Of a stretch of 64,000 nucleotides of DNA, positions 36,016 through 47,604 are shown piece after piece. The notes under the pieces are model-generated. The model was given only the letters and a program-made list of their open reading frames with translations, did not search any database and had not been told where the DNA came from. Positions within the stretch are counted from its first letter, which is position 1. Every line of letters starts with the position of its first letter. A program made the position numbers and the translations under genes. Origin of the DNA: Gammaproteobacteria bacterium (GTDB lineage: Bacteria > Pseudomonadota > Gammaproteobacteria > Xanthomonadales > SZUA-36); NCBI GenBank assembly GCA_030428105.1, contig JAUIBE010000005.1:6476-70475 (forward strand), in the 5' to 3' direction.

Positions 36016-37487
36016 GGCTCGGTTCTGGGTGGATTGACGTAGGATTCGACCAGGGCCTCGTCCTGCGCGGGCGTGAGCAGGGAAACCAGCACAAGGACCG
36101 GCACGTGCACCAGGAGGCCGAACACGCCTTCATGCAGGTCGATCGGCCTCAACTCCGGCCAGAAGAAGAACAGCAGGGCGGTTGCCCCGCCAGCGACCAG
36201 CCCGGCTATCACTCCGGCGGTGGTTGCACGGCGCCAGAACAGCGCGGCAATCACGGGCGGGGCGAGTTGGGCAATGATGCCGTAGGAAGTAAGCAGCAGC
36301 ACCACCAGGGAAACACCCTCGGTGACCGCAAAAAAGTAAGCGATTGCGCCCGCAGCAACGATGAGCACCCGAATCAGCAGGCGTTGCCGGGCTTCCTCCA
36401 GCCTGGCGAACGGACCCAATCCATCTTCCACGGCAACCGAGGCGGTGGCGTGCATCAAGGCGTCACCGGTAGACATCGAGGCCGACAGGGCGCCGGCGCA
36501 AAACAGCCCGATCACGATCACCGGCAGGTCGACGTTGAGAATAAGGTGGGGCAGGATGAAATCCGGCCGCTCCAGCGATTCGACGAACAGCACCCCGGCA
36601 AAACCGATCAGGAACACCGGCACCAGGAACAACTGGAAAGTGGGAAACCAGACCACGGTGCGTCGGATGATGCGTTCATCGCGCGCGGTAAAAGCCTTCA
36701 TGAACAGGTGCGGCCACATCGTCAGGCCCACTGCGCTCACCACGATGGCGCTGCTGTAGCCTGCCCAGTTCCACGGCTCACCGCTGGCGGCCAGTCCGGG
36801 CAACTCGAGCAGTTCGGGGCGCTGGCTGATAATGGCTTCGAACATCGGGCCGATTCCGCCATACAGGGAGTAGGGCAGGTAAATGCCCAGTGTCCAGGCA
36901 ATAGCGATCATGAACACGCCCTGCAGCGTGTTGGTCCAGCCCACGGCGCTCACGCCGCTGACCAGCACGTAAACCAGCACGATGCCGTAGGCCACCGCGG
37001 CGCCCATCCACAGCGGAATCCGCCCGTCGGTAACCGCCTCGATGACGATGCCGGCGCCGCGCATCTGCAGCGTGATGTAGGGGATCAGCGCGGCAATGCT
37101 GATCAGGGCAATCAGCAGCGAAAGGCCGCGTGACTGGAAACGGCCGGTGAGGAACTGGGCCTGGGTCACCTGCCCAAGGCTTCGGCCAATGCGCGCCACC
37201 TTGGGGCCAATCACGTACCACGGCGCCATGCCCAGCACCCCGTAGGACAGGATGTAGAAAGCAGCCGCCCCGCGCGAATACGCCCAGCCCGGACCACCCA
37301 GGAAGGCGAAGGCGGAAAACACCGTCGCCCCGGTCACGAAGTACATCACCAGGAAGCCGAAGTTGCGATCTCCGGCAACGAATCCGTCGATGGTGGAAGA
37401 GGTGCCGCGACCGGCCCGCAGCCCGACCCACAGGGTGAGGCCCAGGTAGGCCACGATCATCAGTGAGATTACCAGCCAGCGTTCCAT
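36012..37487 (-). CDS. sodium:solute symporter (SSF/SSS family)
   Basis: 491 aa with 13-14 predicted TMs and an N-terminus typical of SSS transporters. Its start overlaps the stop of the upstream small membrane protein. Confidence 0.8.
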   Translation of the reverse strand: MERWLVISLMIVAYLGLTLWVGLRAGRGTSSTIDGFVAGDRNFGFLVMYFVTGATVFSAFAFLGGPGWAYSRGAAAFYILSYGVLGMAPWYVIGPKVARIGRSLGQVTQAQFLTGRFQSRGLSLLIALISIAALIPYITLQMRGAGIVIEAVTDGRIPLWMGAAVAYGIVLVYVLVSGVSAVGWTNTLQGVFMIAIAWTLGIYLPYSLYGGIGPMFEAIISQRPELLELPGLAASGEPWNWAGYSSAIVVSAVGLTMWPHLFMKAFTARDERIIRRTVVWFPTFQLFLVPVFLIGFAGVLFVESLERPDFILPHLILNVDLPVIVIGLFCAGALSASMSTGDALMHATASVAVEDGLGPFARLEEARQRLLIRVLIVAAGAIAYFFAVTEGVSLVVLLLTSYGIIAQLAPPVIAALFWRRATTAGVIAGLVAGGATALLFFFWPELRPIDLHEGVFGLLVHVPVLVLVSLLTPAQDEALVESYVNPPRTEP

Positions 37488-37717
37488 TACTGGTCCTCGT
37501 CCCTGTTTTCGGCCTGATTACCGTTCTCAAAGTGGTCCAGCACCAGGAGCATGACAAGGCCGACCACGATCCAGGCAACCGGCCAAACCATGGACAGCGG
37601 AAAGCCAAACACCAGCGGTTTGGCCGACTTGAAGAAGGATGCAAGCGGCCAGGTAACAGCCAGGGCGTTTAGCAGGAATACACCGATCGCGATGCGGCGG
37701 ATCAAGGTTCGGTTCAA
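37487..37717 (-). CDS. small membrane protein (DUF3311-like symporter partner)
   Basis: ~76 aa with two TMs (...IAIGVFLLNALAVTWPLASFF...PLVFGFPLSMVWPVAWIVVGLVMLLVL...), overlapping the SSS symporter start as in YhdT/DUF3311 pairs. The start is probably TTG after an AGAGAAG SD; the track ORF extends to 37756. Confidence 0.5.
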   Translation of the reverse strand: MNRTLIRRIAIGVFLLNALAVTWPLASFFKSAKPLVFGFPLSMVWPVAWIVVGLVMLLVLDHFENGNQAENRDEDQ

Positions 37718-37854
37718 GGGGCTTCTCTGCGGCGAACAAACCCCAGTATGCGGCACCCCTGCCGACGGTTCAATTTGCCTGGGTGATACGAAAGGGTTCC
37801 GTTCTACGTGGTTGCTAGAAGACAGCGAAGTTACCCATTTTCACCGAAGGGGGT

Positions 37855-39876
37855 GTGCACGTGTTCAGGTCTTCAATCTTTTTCATTTGCCTGCTGGCAG
37901 GCGCGCCGGCTTTCGCCCAAACCGTGGTCAGCGGTGGGCCCAATGTGCCCGAGCTCGCGGTCTTCGATGACACCATGATCCAGTTCATGGATGACCACGA
38001 TGTGCCAGCCGGGCAGCTCGCCGTGGCCTGGCAGGGCAGGCTGGTTTACTCACGTGCGTTCAGCAACAACGCAGAGCATGCACCCAATACCAAGACCCTG
38101 TTTCGGCTCGCCAGCGTGAGCAAGCCACTGACCTCCACCATGATTCATCACGCCCACCAGGAAGGCCTGCTTTCTGTTGATGACACCATCGACCAGTACC
38201 TGGACCTGTCCACGCTGAATGGTGGCGGGCCGGCGGACCCCAGGCTCTCCGGCGTAACCATTCGCAACCTGCTTGAGATGCTGGGCGGTTTTGGCGCGCC
38301 CCAGGAGTATGGGTTCGATCCGGCTTTTGTTGACCGTGACATCGAGGCGCTTACCCATGACGGGTTCCCCGTGCTAAAGAGCCAGATTCTGGCTTACATG
38401 AACGATCGCATGCTGATCCACGAGCCTGGAACTACCTACGCCTACTCCAACTACGGCTACATGCTCCTGGGCATGATCCTGGAAAGCGCTACGGGCTTGC
38501 CTTATGGCGCCTACGCCGACAGTGTTTTCAACCCGATTGGCATGTGGCGATCGCGCCAGGCACGCTCACAGCAACAACGCCTCTACCCCAACGAGGTGCG
38601 TTACTCATCGCCACATTTCGGTGTTTCCGTGGTTGACAACAGTGGTGAGGTGCTTCCGGCCGAGTACGGTTCGCTCAATTACGAAAACATGGCGGCTTAC
38701 GGGGGCTGGGTTTCCACCGCCAATGAGCTGGTTCGCTGGATAACCCGGATGCAGGATCCGGGTTTCCCCGATGCGCCGCTAAGCAGCGGTTCTCTCGACC
38801 TGATGTTCGGGCTTCCGCAAAACTACCCGGGTTCCTACAGCCCAGGTGATTATTTCTACGGATCTGGCTGGCAAGTGCGCGACTACGGCGCCGGTGGGCG
38901 CAATATTTGGCACCACGGATCACTGCCGAGCACATCTACCGTGGTGGCCAGCATTCGTGATGGATTCACCTGGGCGGCGCTGTTCAACAAGCGCTTTGAG
39001 AATTCCTCGGCCTTGCTTTCGGGCGCCTTCGAGGAAGTGATCTACCCGGCGCGCAACCAGGTGGCCCAATGGCCCAGCCACGACCTGTTCAATTCCCAGC
39101 TTACGCCTGCGCCACCCGCGCTGGACGCGGTAGCCGCGGGCTCCTGGTTTGATGTCAGCCACAATGGTGAAGGCTTCACCGTAACCTTCATCAACGCCAG
39201 CACAGCGGTGGTGTACTGGTTCACTTACGATCGCCACGGCAACCAGCGTTGGTATTTCGGTATCGCCGCGGTGGAAGGCACGCGACTGGTGGTGGAAGAA
39301 CTGCTCACCAGCAGCGGTGGGCGCTTCGGGCCGGGCTATAACCCCGCGGATGTAGAGGTCACCCCGGTTGGCTCATTGGTGCTCAACTTCTATGCCGAGG
39401 GCAGGGCCAAGGCCGATTACCTGCTGGGCACTGACTCCGGCTACATGGACCTGGTGCGCCTGTCCCAGCCCTTTGAAAGCGCCAACCCGGCCAATGCCGG
39501 AGACTGGCGCAATGCCCTGCTGTTCGACCCCAGTCACGATGGCGAGGGTTACGTGGTAGAGGCGCTGCCCAACGGCCGGGTGGTGGTGTACTGGTTCACC
39601 TATGACAACAGCGGCAACCAGGCCTGGATGATCGGCACCGTGGTGGGCGATTTTGACAATGGCGTGGCCCTGCCCATGGATCGCCCCGTGGGTGGAAATT
39701 TCGGCGCCGGTTTTGATCCAGACCTGGTCAGCGTATCAGGCAACGGCACCGCCAACATGACCATCCAGTGCGGCGGTGAGATGTCCGTCAGCTACTCTGG
39801 CGGTTCCGGAGCCTTCCCGGCGGTTAACCTCAACCTGCAAGTGCTGGGTGGCTACGTGGCGCCGCCCTGCAACTAG
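37855..39876 (+). CDS. secreted serine hydrolase of the beta-lactamase/PBP4*-esterase fold with two C-terminal 'WFTYD' modules
   Basis: Signal peptide, then SVSK (SxxK) at ...LFRLASVSKPLTST... and a YSN motif (YAYSNYGYMLLG) of class-C-like serine hydrolases. The C-terminal ~270 aa contains two copies of ...W[FY]DxSHxGEG[FY]xV...VVYWFTYDxxGNQxW.... Confidence 0.75.
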   Translation: MHVFRSSIFFICLLAGAPAFAQTVVSGGPNVPELAVFDDTMIQFMDDHDVPAGQLAVAWQGRLVYSRAFSNNAEHAPNTKTLFRLASVSKPLTSTMIHHAHQEGLLSVDDTIDQYLDLSTLNGGGPADPRLSGVTIRNLLEMLGGFGAPQEYGFDPAFVDRDIEALTHDGFPVLKSQILAYMNDRMLIHEPGTTYAYSNYGYMLLGMILESATGLPYGAYADSVFNPIGMWRSRQARSQQQRLYPNEVRYSSPHFGVSVVDNSGEVLPAEYGSLNYENMAAYGGWVSTANELVRWITRMQDPGFPDAPLSSGSLDLMFGLPQNYPGSYSPGDYFYGSGWQVRDYGAGGRNIWHHGSLPSTSTVVASIRDGFTWAALFNKRFENSSALLSGAFEEVIYPARNQVAQWPSHDLFNSQLTPAPPALDAVAAGSWFDVSHNGEGFTVTFINASTAVVYWFTYDRHGNQRWYFGIAAVEGTRLVVEELLTSSGGRFGPGYNPADVEVTPVGSLVLNFYAEGRAKADYLLGTDSGYMDLVRLSQPFESANPANAGDWRNALLFDPSHDGEGYVVEALPNGRVVVYWFTYDNSGNQAWMIGTVVGDFDNGVALPMDRPVGGNFGAGFDPDLVSVSGNGTANMTIQCGGEMSVSYSGGSGAFPAVNLNLQVLGGYVAPPCN

Positions 39877-39879
39877 GTT

Positions 39880-41778
39880 TCAGGGCGCTGCATTGAGGTC
39901 GAGGGTTACCCGCTTTTCGGCCTCTACCTCGACGCTGTGCTCTGAACCAGCCACGCTGACACTGTAGCTGCCAGGCATCAGTTCCACTGGCTCGCCGCCG
40001 GCAACCCCGGCGGCGACCACCTGGCCATCGGCGTCATGCACCTCGTAGGATGGCGCTACCGAGTTGGCCAGTGCGTCGGCAAGCTGGGTTTCATCGGCCG
40101 CATTGAAATAGGCGCCGCCACCCAGGGTGGCCCAGCGCTGAAAGGTGTCCTGCAAGGCCGCGTCATCAATCGCGTAGCCGACGATGTTGAAGCGAATGTC
40201 CTGGCCGCGTGCGCGCATGCCTGCTATCACGGCTGCCGGGTCGCCTTCGCAGGTTTCTTCACCATCGGTGACCAGTACGATAATGCGCTCGCCGGTCACG
40301 CCGCGCAGGTCCGAATCGGTCAGCGCCAGTGAATCGGCAATCGGTGTCTTTGCCAGGTTCATGGCATTCACGCTGCCCAGCGTGCTGCTTGCTGCGCTGC
40401 GGTTCAGCGGTCCCAGCGGGATTTCCAGGTCGGTACGGCAGGCATCGGCCTCCTTGTGGCCAAACACGCGCATGGCGAATGGCGTGCCTTCAGGAATGGT
40501 CTCGCCAACCAGGTGGGCGAGGGTGCGCTTGGCGATTTCAATCCGCCGGTCGCTGCCCTGGCGCTGCAGCATGCTGCCGGATGCATCCAGCACCACTTCA
40601 ACCGCGTCGTTGGGGTCGAACACCGGTTTGTTGTAAGCCAGCACCTGCAAGGAGCCCGGCTTGATGACCGGAGGCGTGATCTCGATGGCCAGGGTTGCCA
40701 GGGTCTTGCCACCCTGTGTGGTGTAACGCAATTCGTGCGGGCCGGGCTCGACCGGCGCCAGTACGCGCACCATGCCGGGTTCGTTCGGGTCGATGTAGGT
40801 GTAGGCCACATCATTCTCGCCACCCACCGGGAAAAGCTGGATCAAGTCTCCGTAATTGCCAGGGCCTTGCCACTGCACTTCAAACCATTCGTGGCCGGGC
40901 GCCTCGGAGGGGGCAGCCAGGTCAGCCGTGACTTCCGTGACTTTAAAAGCCACCTCGCCGATCACCATGCCACCGGTGCGATAGACCACACTATAGTCGC
41001 CCGGCGTTTCCGGAGCGCGTAAGCTGGCCTTTTCCGGATTGTTGCCAACGTAGGCGTAGCTGCCCGCGTTGCTACCGTCGGCGTTGACGACGCGCAGCAC
41101 ATCGCCCGAGTTCTGCGGGCCTTCCCAGGCCACCTCGAAAAATGCGCCGGCCTGTACCGATTCAGGCGCGCTGAGTGTCGCCTGGGCGCCGACCACTTCA
41201 ATCGGGTCACTGCCAATCAGCTTGCGGCCGGTGATATAAACCACCTGGTAACTGCCGGCTTCCTTGGGCGCCCTGAGATTGATTTTGCCTTCATTGCCCA
41301 GCGAGACATACGCATAGGTGCCGCCGACCGCGGTGCCATCCAGTTGGTACACCTGCAGGGTGTCGCCTTGGTTGAGCGGCCCCTCAAAGGCGACTTCGAA
41401 GGTCTCGAATACGCCCACGCTTTCGGGGGCATCGACAGTTGCCTCAACCGCGTGAACGGTGAGGGGAGAACTTGCGATGACTTCACCCGAGGAAATGTAA
41501 ACAACCAGGTATTCGCCCGGTTCCACCGGCGCCTTGAGGGTGAGCTTTCCTTCCTTGGCGTTGCCCACGTAGCCGTAGCTGCCGCCCAGGACGTTACCCT
41601 CGGCGTCGGCAAAGCGGACCATGTCGCCGCTGGCGGCTTCACCGCCAACGCTGATCTCGATGGATTCGTAGATGCCCGCTTCGGCGGGTGCGGAAACAGT
41701 GCCTTGCGCCCACGCCGAAATGGAGCACAGCATAAGCAGAACGCCGGGGACCAATGCCCGGCTGATAGTGATATTCAT
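39880..41778 (-). CDS. secreted protein with four ~95-aa tandem repeats and a C-terminal von Willebrand factor A (VWA) domain
   Basis: Signal peptide MNITISRALVPGVLLMLCSISAWAQG. Four repeats of a pattern like '...GDxLxVxxxDGxxxGGxYAYVGNxxEGKxxLRAPxExGxYxVVY...'. Then ...AVEVVLDASGSMLQ... supplies the DxSxS MIDAS motif of a VWA domain. Confidence 0.75.
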   Translation of the reverse strand: MNITISRALVPGVLLMLCSISAWAQGTVSAPAEAGIYESIEISVGGEAASGDMVRFADAEGNVLGGSYGYVGNAKEGKLTLKAPVEPGEYLVVYISSGEVIASSPLTVHAVEATVDAPESVGVFETFEVAFEGPLNQGDTLQVYQLDGTAVGGTYAYVSLGNEGKINLRAPKEAGSYQVVYITGRKLIGSDPIEVVGAQATLSAPESVQAGAFFEVAWEGPQNSGDVLRVVNADGSNAGSYAYVGNNPEKASLRAPETPGDYSVVYRTGGMVIGEVAFKVTEVTADLAAPSEAPGHEWFEVQWQGPGNYGDLIQLFPVGGENDVAYTYIDPNEPGMVRVLAPVEPGPHELRYTTQGGKTLATLAIEITPPVIKPGSLQVLAYNKPVFDPNDAVEVVLDASGSMLQRQGSDRRIEIAKRTLAHLVGETIPEGTPFAMRVFGHKEADACRTDLEIPLGPLNRSAASSTLGSVNAMNLAKTPIADSLALTDSDLRGVTGERIIVLVTDGEETCEGDPAAVIAGMRARGQDIRFNIVGYAIDDAALQDTFQRWATLGGGAYFNAADETQLADALANSVAPSYEVHDADGQVVAAGVAGGEPVELMPGSYSVSVAGSEHSVEVEAEKRVTLDLNAAP

Positions 41779-41864
41779 GTCTTGAACCCCTTGCTTACTT
41801 GTTGCGGTTGTTCTTGCGGTTGCCTTTGGTTCTGTCTAGATCATGGGTATCTGGAAAGCGCTTG

Positions 41865-42560
41865 TCAATCAGGGCCTTGCGCGTGCGACTTCAGCGCATC
41901 CAGTGCCTCGGAAACGAATCGCTTTACCAGGGCCGGGTTTTTACGGCCGTCCGCGCTCTCCAGCCCGGTGTGTGCATCGACGGCCGCCGGGCGAACTGCA
42001 TGCACCGCTTCGGCCACATTGGCTGCGGTCAGGCCACCCGCCAGGATCACCGGAAGCCTTGTTGCTTCCACTACTCGCCTGGAAATGGCCCAGTCGTGGG
42101 TCAGCCCGGTGGCGCCGGTACGACCGGTTGCCGGGTCGAAGGTGTCGGTAATGAACGCATCCACCCATGGCTCCATGCGTTGCAGTTGATCCAGCAGCGC
42201 GGCATCGCTTACCTGGTGCACCACCAGGCTCTTGATCAGGCCCAGCGCCGGATCAAGCTCGCGCAGCCTTTCCAGTTCGGATGGGCTGATCGCGCCGTGG
42301 ATCTGCACCCAGCGAGCCCCCAGGCGCTGGCACAACGCCAGGATGTCGGCAGCATTCTCGTGATAGGTGATGCACACCGAGGTGGCGCGAGCGGCGGTTG
42401 CGGCAATGATGTCTGTGGCCTCGTCGACGCTGAGGTCTTCACGGCCATCCTTCAGCCCCAGCGGGAAGCCCAGCATGTCTGCGCCGGCTTCGATCAGGGC
42501 TTCCGCCTCTGCGCGGTCGATTACACCCGCCACCTGTACGCGACCGGGCAGGGCGTTCAT
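41865..42560 (-). CDS. trpF: phosphoribosylanthranilate isomerase (TrpF) family protein
   Basis: 231 aa. ...VQVAGVIDRAEAEALIEAGADMLGF..., ...ATGRTGATGLTHDW... and ...VILAGGLTAANVAEAV... align with E. coli TrpF motifs (GGSGQRFDW, LAGGLGADNCVEA). Only 5 nt downstream of hutI. Confidence 0.7.
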   Translation of the reverse strand: MNALPGRVQVAGVIDRAEAEALIEAGADMLGFPLGLKDGREDLSVDEATDIIAATAARATSVCITYHENAADILALCQRLGARWVQIHGAISPSELERLRELDPALGLIKSLVVHQVSDAALLDQLQRMEPWVDAFITDTFDPATGRTGATGLTHDWAISRRVVEATRLPVILAGGLTAANVAEAVHAVRPAAVDAHTGLESADGRKNPALVKRFVSEALDALKSHAQGPD

Positions 42561-42564
42561 GGCT

Positions 42565-43776
42565 TCAGACCCACTGTCCCCGCTTGATCACTCGATGGCA
42601 GGCGTTGGCCTGGAAGTGATACATCCACTGGTTGATGTCGGGCGTGTCGATGATGGCGATATCGGCCTGGTAACCGGCTACCAGGGAGCCGATTCGGTTG
42701 TCGCGACCCACCGCCCGCGCGGCGATGGTGGTGGCGCCCATCAACGTCTCCTGCGGCGTCATGGCCTGGTTGATGCAGGCCTGCAGCATGGCCAGCGGCA
42801 GGTGATAGCTGGGGCTGGAACCGGGGTTGAAGTCAGTGGCCACCGCCACGCCGACACCCGCGTCCATTAATTTTCGGGCCGGGAGGTAGCGCTCGTTGAG
42901 GTACATGCTGGCCAGCGGCAGGCTGACGGCCACGGTGCCGGCTTGCGCCAGGGCAGCAATGCCCTCGTCGTCAATGTATTCCAGGTGCTCTGCTGAGACG
43001 GCGCCGTGCTTCGCGGCCAGTTGCGCGCCGCCGCCGGCGCTGAGTTGGTCGGCGTGCAGCTTGATGCCCAGGCCATGGGCGGAAGCCGTGCCCAGGATGC
43101 GCTCGCCTTCTTCAATGGTATAGGCGTTGTCTTCGACGAAGGCATCACAAAACTCAGCCAGGCCTTCCTTTGCAATCCGCGGGATCAGCGTTTCGCACAA
43201 CAGGTCAACGTACGCCTTGCGGTCGTCGCGATGCTCCGGCGGAATGATGTGGGCGCCGAGGAAGGTGGGCACCAGTTCAACCACGTGGTTGGCGGCCAGG
43301 TCACGATAGACCTGGAGCTGCTTGAGTTCGGCTTCCTCGTTCAGTCCGTAGCCGCTCTTGCACTCCACCGTGGTTACGCCGAGCGCGAGCATGGCATCGA
43401 GGAAGCCAGCGGCGCGTTCGCGTAGCGCTTCGGCGCTGGTTTCGCGAGTAGCTTTCACCGTGCTGGCGATGCCACCGCCGGCCGCGGCGATATCCTGGTA
43501 ACTACGGCCTTCGATGCGCATGGCGAACTCGTCGCCGCGCCAGCCGCCAAAGCACAGGTGGGTGTGGCAGTCGACGAGGCCCGGAATCACCAGGCGTCCT
43601 TCGCAGTCATGGGCTTGTTCGCCCAGCAGGTCCGCCGGCAACTCTTCCTGAGGCCCGGCCCAGGTGATCTTTTCTTCGTCGAAGGCCAGCGCTGCGCCAG
43701 CAATCAACCCGGCGTCGGACTGGGCATTGTCTGCCGGGCAGGTGGCCAATTGGCCGATGTTGGTGAGTACAGGCAC
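42565..43776 (-). CDS. hutI: imidazolonepropionase
   Basis: 403 aa amidohydrolase with ...PGLVDCHTHL... and ...GIKLHADQLS.... In hutU-hutH-hutI order. Confidence 0.9.
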   Translation of the reverse strand: MPVLTNIGQLATCPADNAQSDAGLIAGAALAFDEEKITWAGPQEELPADLLGEQAHDCEGRLVIPGLVDCHTHLCFGGWRGDEFAMRIEGRSYQDIAAAGGGIASTVKATRETSAEALRERAAGFLDAMLALGVTTVECKSGYGLNEEAELKQLQVYRDLAANHVVELVPTFLGAHIIPPEHRDDRKAYVDLLCETLIPRIAKEGLAEFCDAFVEDNAYTIEEGERILGTASAHGLGIKLHADQLSAGGGAQLAAKHGAVSAEHLEYIDDEGIAALAQAGTVAVSLPLASMYLNERYLPARKLMDAGVGVAVATDFNPGSSPSYHLPLAMLQACINQAMTPQETLMGATTIAARAVGRDNRIGSLVAGYQADIAIIDTPDINQWMYHFQANACHRVIKRGQWV

Positions 43777-43795
43777 GCTGCTCGGGCCAGCGAAA

Positions 43796-45301
43796 TCAGA
43801 GCAGCGGCTCGAGCTGGTCCGCGACCGCCCGGCTCAATGCGCCTTCGTGCAACAGCTGTGCGCAGTGATCGAGGTCATTACGGACCTCGTAGTCCCGGTG
43901 CGCATGCGCGACGTGCTGCCTCAGCACCTCGTGGCCAATCATCACGCCGCGCCCGGGTTTCAGCGGCGCGCGGAAATCCAGCGCCTGTCCGGCGGTAAGC
44001 ATTTCCACCGCGAGGATGCGTTCCAGGTTGCGCATCACGCCCAGCAGCTTGATGGCGCTGATTGAACCCATGCTCACATGGTCTTCCTGGCCGAGGCTGG
44101 TGGGGATGGAATCGACACTGGCCGGGTGCGCCAGGATCTTGTTCTCGGAAACCAGCGCGGCAGCAGTGTACTGCGGAATCATGAACCCGGAGTTCACCCC
44201 GGTATCCTGCATCAGCAACTTGGGCAGGCCGTCGTGACCTTCCAGCAGCAAGTAGGTGCGGCGCTCTGAAATGCTGCCAAGTTCTGCCAGGGCGATGGCG
44301 GCAAAATCCAACGCCAGCGCCAGTGGCTGGCCGTGGAAGTTGCCCGCGGAAATAATGTCGCCGCCGTCGAAAACCAGCGGGTTATCTGTGACTGAATTCA
44401 ATTCAGTTTCAATAACCTGCGTGGCATACCTGAGTGCGTCTCGACTGGCGCCATGCACCTGGGGCACGCAGCGCAGGCAATACGGATCCTGCACTTTTCC
44501 GCAGTCGCGGTGCGAATCCATGATCTCGCTGTCGCGCAGCAGCATGCGCAGGTTCTGGGCGACTTGCCCCTGGCCGGGGTGAGGGCGAATCTCGTGCACC
44601 CGGGCGTCGAAGGGTGCGGCGCTGCCTTGCAGCGCTTCCAGGCTCATCGCCGCCAGCACATCCACTTCCAGGATCAGCCGCTGTGCCCGCTCCAGGATGT
44701 AGGCGCCATAGGCGGCCATTAACTGCGTGCCGTTAATCAGCGCCAGGCCGTCTTTCGCAGACAGGCTGACCGGCTCGATGCCGGCGGCGGCTAGCGCAGG
44801 CGCCGCGGAGGTGCGGTCGCGGCGTTTCTCATCCCACACCTCGCCGCGACCAATCAGCGGCAGGCACATATGGGCCAGCGGCGCCAGGTCACCCGAGGCG
44901 CCAACGCTTCCCCGGCTCGGCACCCAGGGCAGGATGTCATGCTCGTCAAAAGCCAGGAGCTGGGCAAACGTGGGGCGAGAAATGCCGGAATTTCCAAGCC
45001 CTAGCGCATGAATCTTCAACTGCAGCATCAGGCGGGTAATTTCCGGCGGCACCGGGTCGCCCACGCCGCAGGCATGGCTCAGTAGGATGTTGGTCTGCAG
45101 GTCGTTGAGCTCCTCGCGGCTGATGCGCTTGTTGGCCAGGATGCCAAAACCGGTATTGATGCCGTAATGGGGCTTGCCGTCTTCCAGGGCGGCCAGGACC
45201 ACCTCGCGAGAGCGGTCGACGGCCGAATGGTCCTGTCTCAGGGCGGCCATGCTGGCGCCCAGGTCTTCGTACAGGTTCTTGATTGTTATTGTTTGATTCA
45301 T
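43796..45301 (-). CDS. hutH: histidine ammonia-lyase
   Basis: 501 aa. ...GSVGASGDLAPLAHM... contains the MIO-forming ASG triad. Confidence 0.93.
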   Translation of the reverse strand: MNQTITIKNLYEDLGASMAALRQDHSAVDRSREVVLAALEDGKPHYGINTGFGILANKRISREELNDLQTNILLSHACGVGDPVPPEITRLMLQLKIHALGLGNSGISRPTFAQLLAFDEHDILPWVPSRGSVGASGDLAPLAHMCLPLIGRGEVWDEKRRDRTSAAPALAAAGIEPVSLSAKDGLALINGTQLMAAYGAYILERAQRLILEVDVLAAMSLEALQGSAAPFDARVHEIRPHPGQGQVAQNLRMLLRDSEIMDSHRDCGKVQDPYCLRCVPQVHGASRDALRYATQVIETELNSVTDNPLVFDGGDIISAGNFHGQPLALALDFAAIALAELGSISERRTYLLLEGHDGLPKLLMQDTGVNSGFMIPQYTAAALVSENKILAHPASVDSIPTSLGQEDHVSMGSISAIKLLGVMRNLERILAVEMLTAGQALDFRAPLKPGRGVMIGHEVLRQHVAHAHRDYEVRNDLDHCAQLLHEGALSRAVADQLEPLL

Positions 45302-45311
45302 AGGGTTTCGG

Positions 45312-47003
<1,692 letters not shown>

Positions 47004-47088
47004 TGCTGTGTGCGAAACTACAAATTATAGAAGAAACCGGGCGCCCCCGATGCGGCGCCGCTGCCAATTCGAACAAGGATTCAAACCC

Positions 47089-47604
47089 ATGAGTTTTATT
47101 TTCAAACCACGCCCGTGGTTCCTGATCGTCACGCTGTGCTGCGCAGGGCTGCTTGGCTACGCCCTTTACGTTCAACACGTTGATTTCCTTGATCCTTGTC
47201 CGTTGTGCATCTTCCAGCGCGTGGTTTTCATGTATATCGGCGTGATCGCGCTGGCGGCCTTCATTCACAACCCTGGCCGAACGGGCCGCTGGGTGTATAC
47301 CGGGCTGCTGGCAATTGGCGGTTTTACCGGCATCGGCATCGCCTGGCGCCACGTCTGGCTGCAGAACCTGCCGCCCGACCAGGTGCCCGAATGCGGCCAG
47401 GGCCTCAATTACATGATCGACAGCATGCCGTTCACCGATGTGCTGGCCCAGGTGTTGCAGGGCTCAGGTGAATGCGCTGCCATCGACTGGACGTTCCTGG
47501 GCCTGAGCATGCCCGCGTGGACGCTGATCTGGTACATCGGACTCACAGCCGTTACCATCGGGGTCACAGTGCGGGCAAATGCCAGGCAACGGACTTACCA
47601 ATGA
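47089..47604 (+). CDS. dsbB: disulfide bond formation protein B
   Basis: 171 aa, four TMs. Periplasmic loop 1 Cys pair in ...DPCPLCIFQR... and loop 2 Cys pair in ...PECGQG...GECAAIDW.... Internal start of track ORF 46990. Confidence 0.85.
   Translation: MSFIFKPRPWFLIVTLCCAGLLGYALYVQHVDFLDPCPLCIFQRVVFMYIGVIALAAFIHNPGRTGRWVYTGLLAIGGFTGIGIAWRHVWLQNLPPDQVPECGQGLNYMIDSMPFTDVLAQVLQGSGECAAIDWTFLGLSMPAWTLIWYIGLTAVTIGVTVRANARQRTYQ

Noticed and set aside
37700-37860. Possible sigma54 promoter (GGCAC...TTGC) upstream of the beta-lactamase-fold hydrolase
   Set aside because: The sequence cggcaccccTGccgac / ggttcaatttgcc does not fit the TGGCAC-N5-TTGC spacing, and no bacterial enhancer-binding protein gene is nearby.
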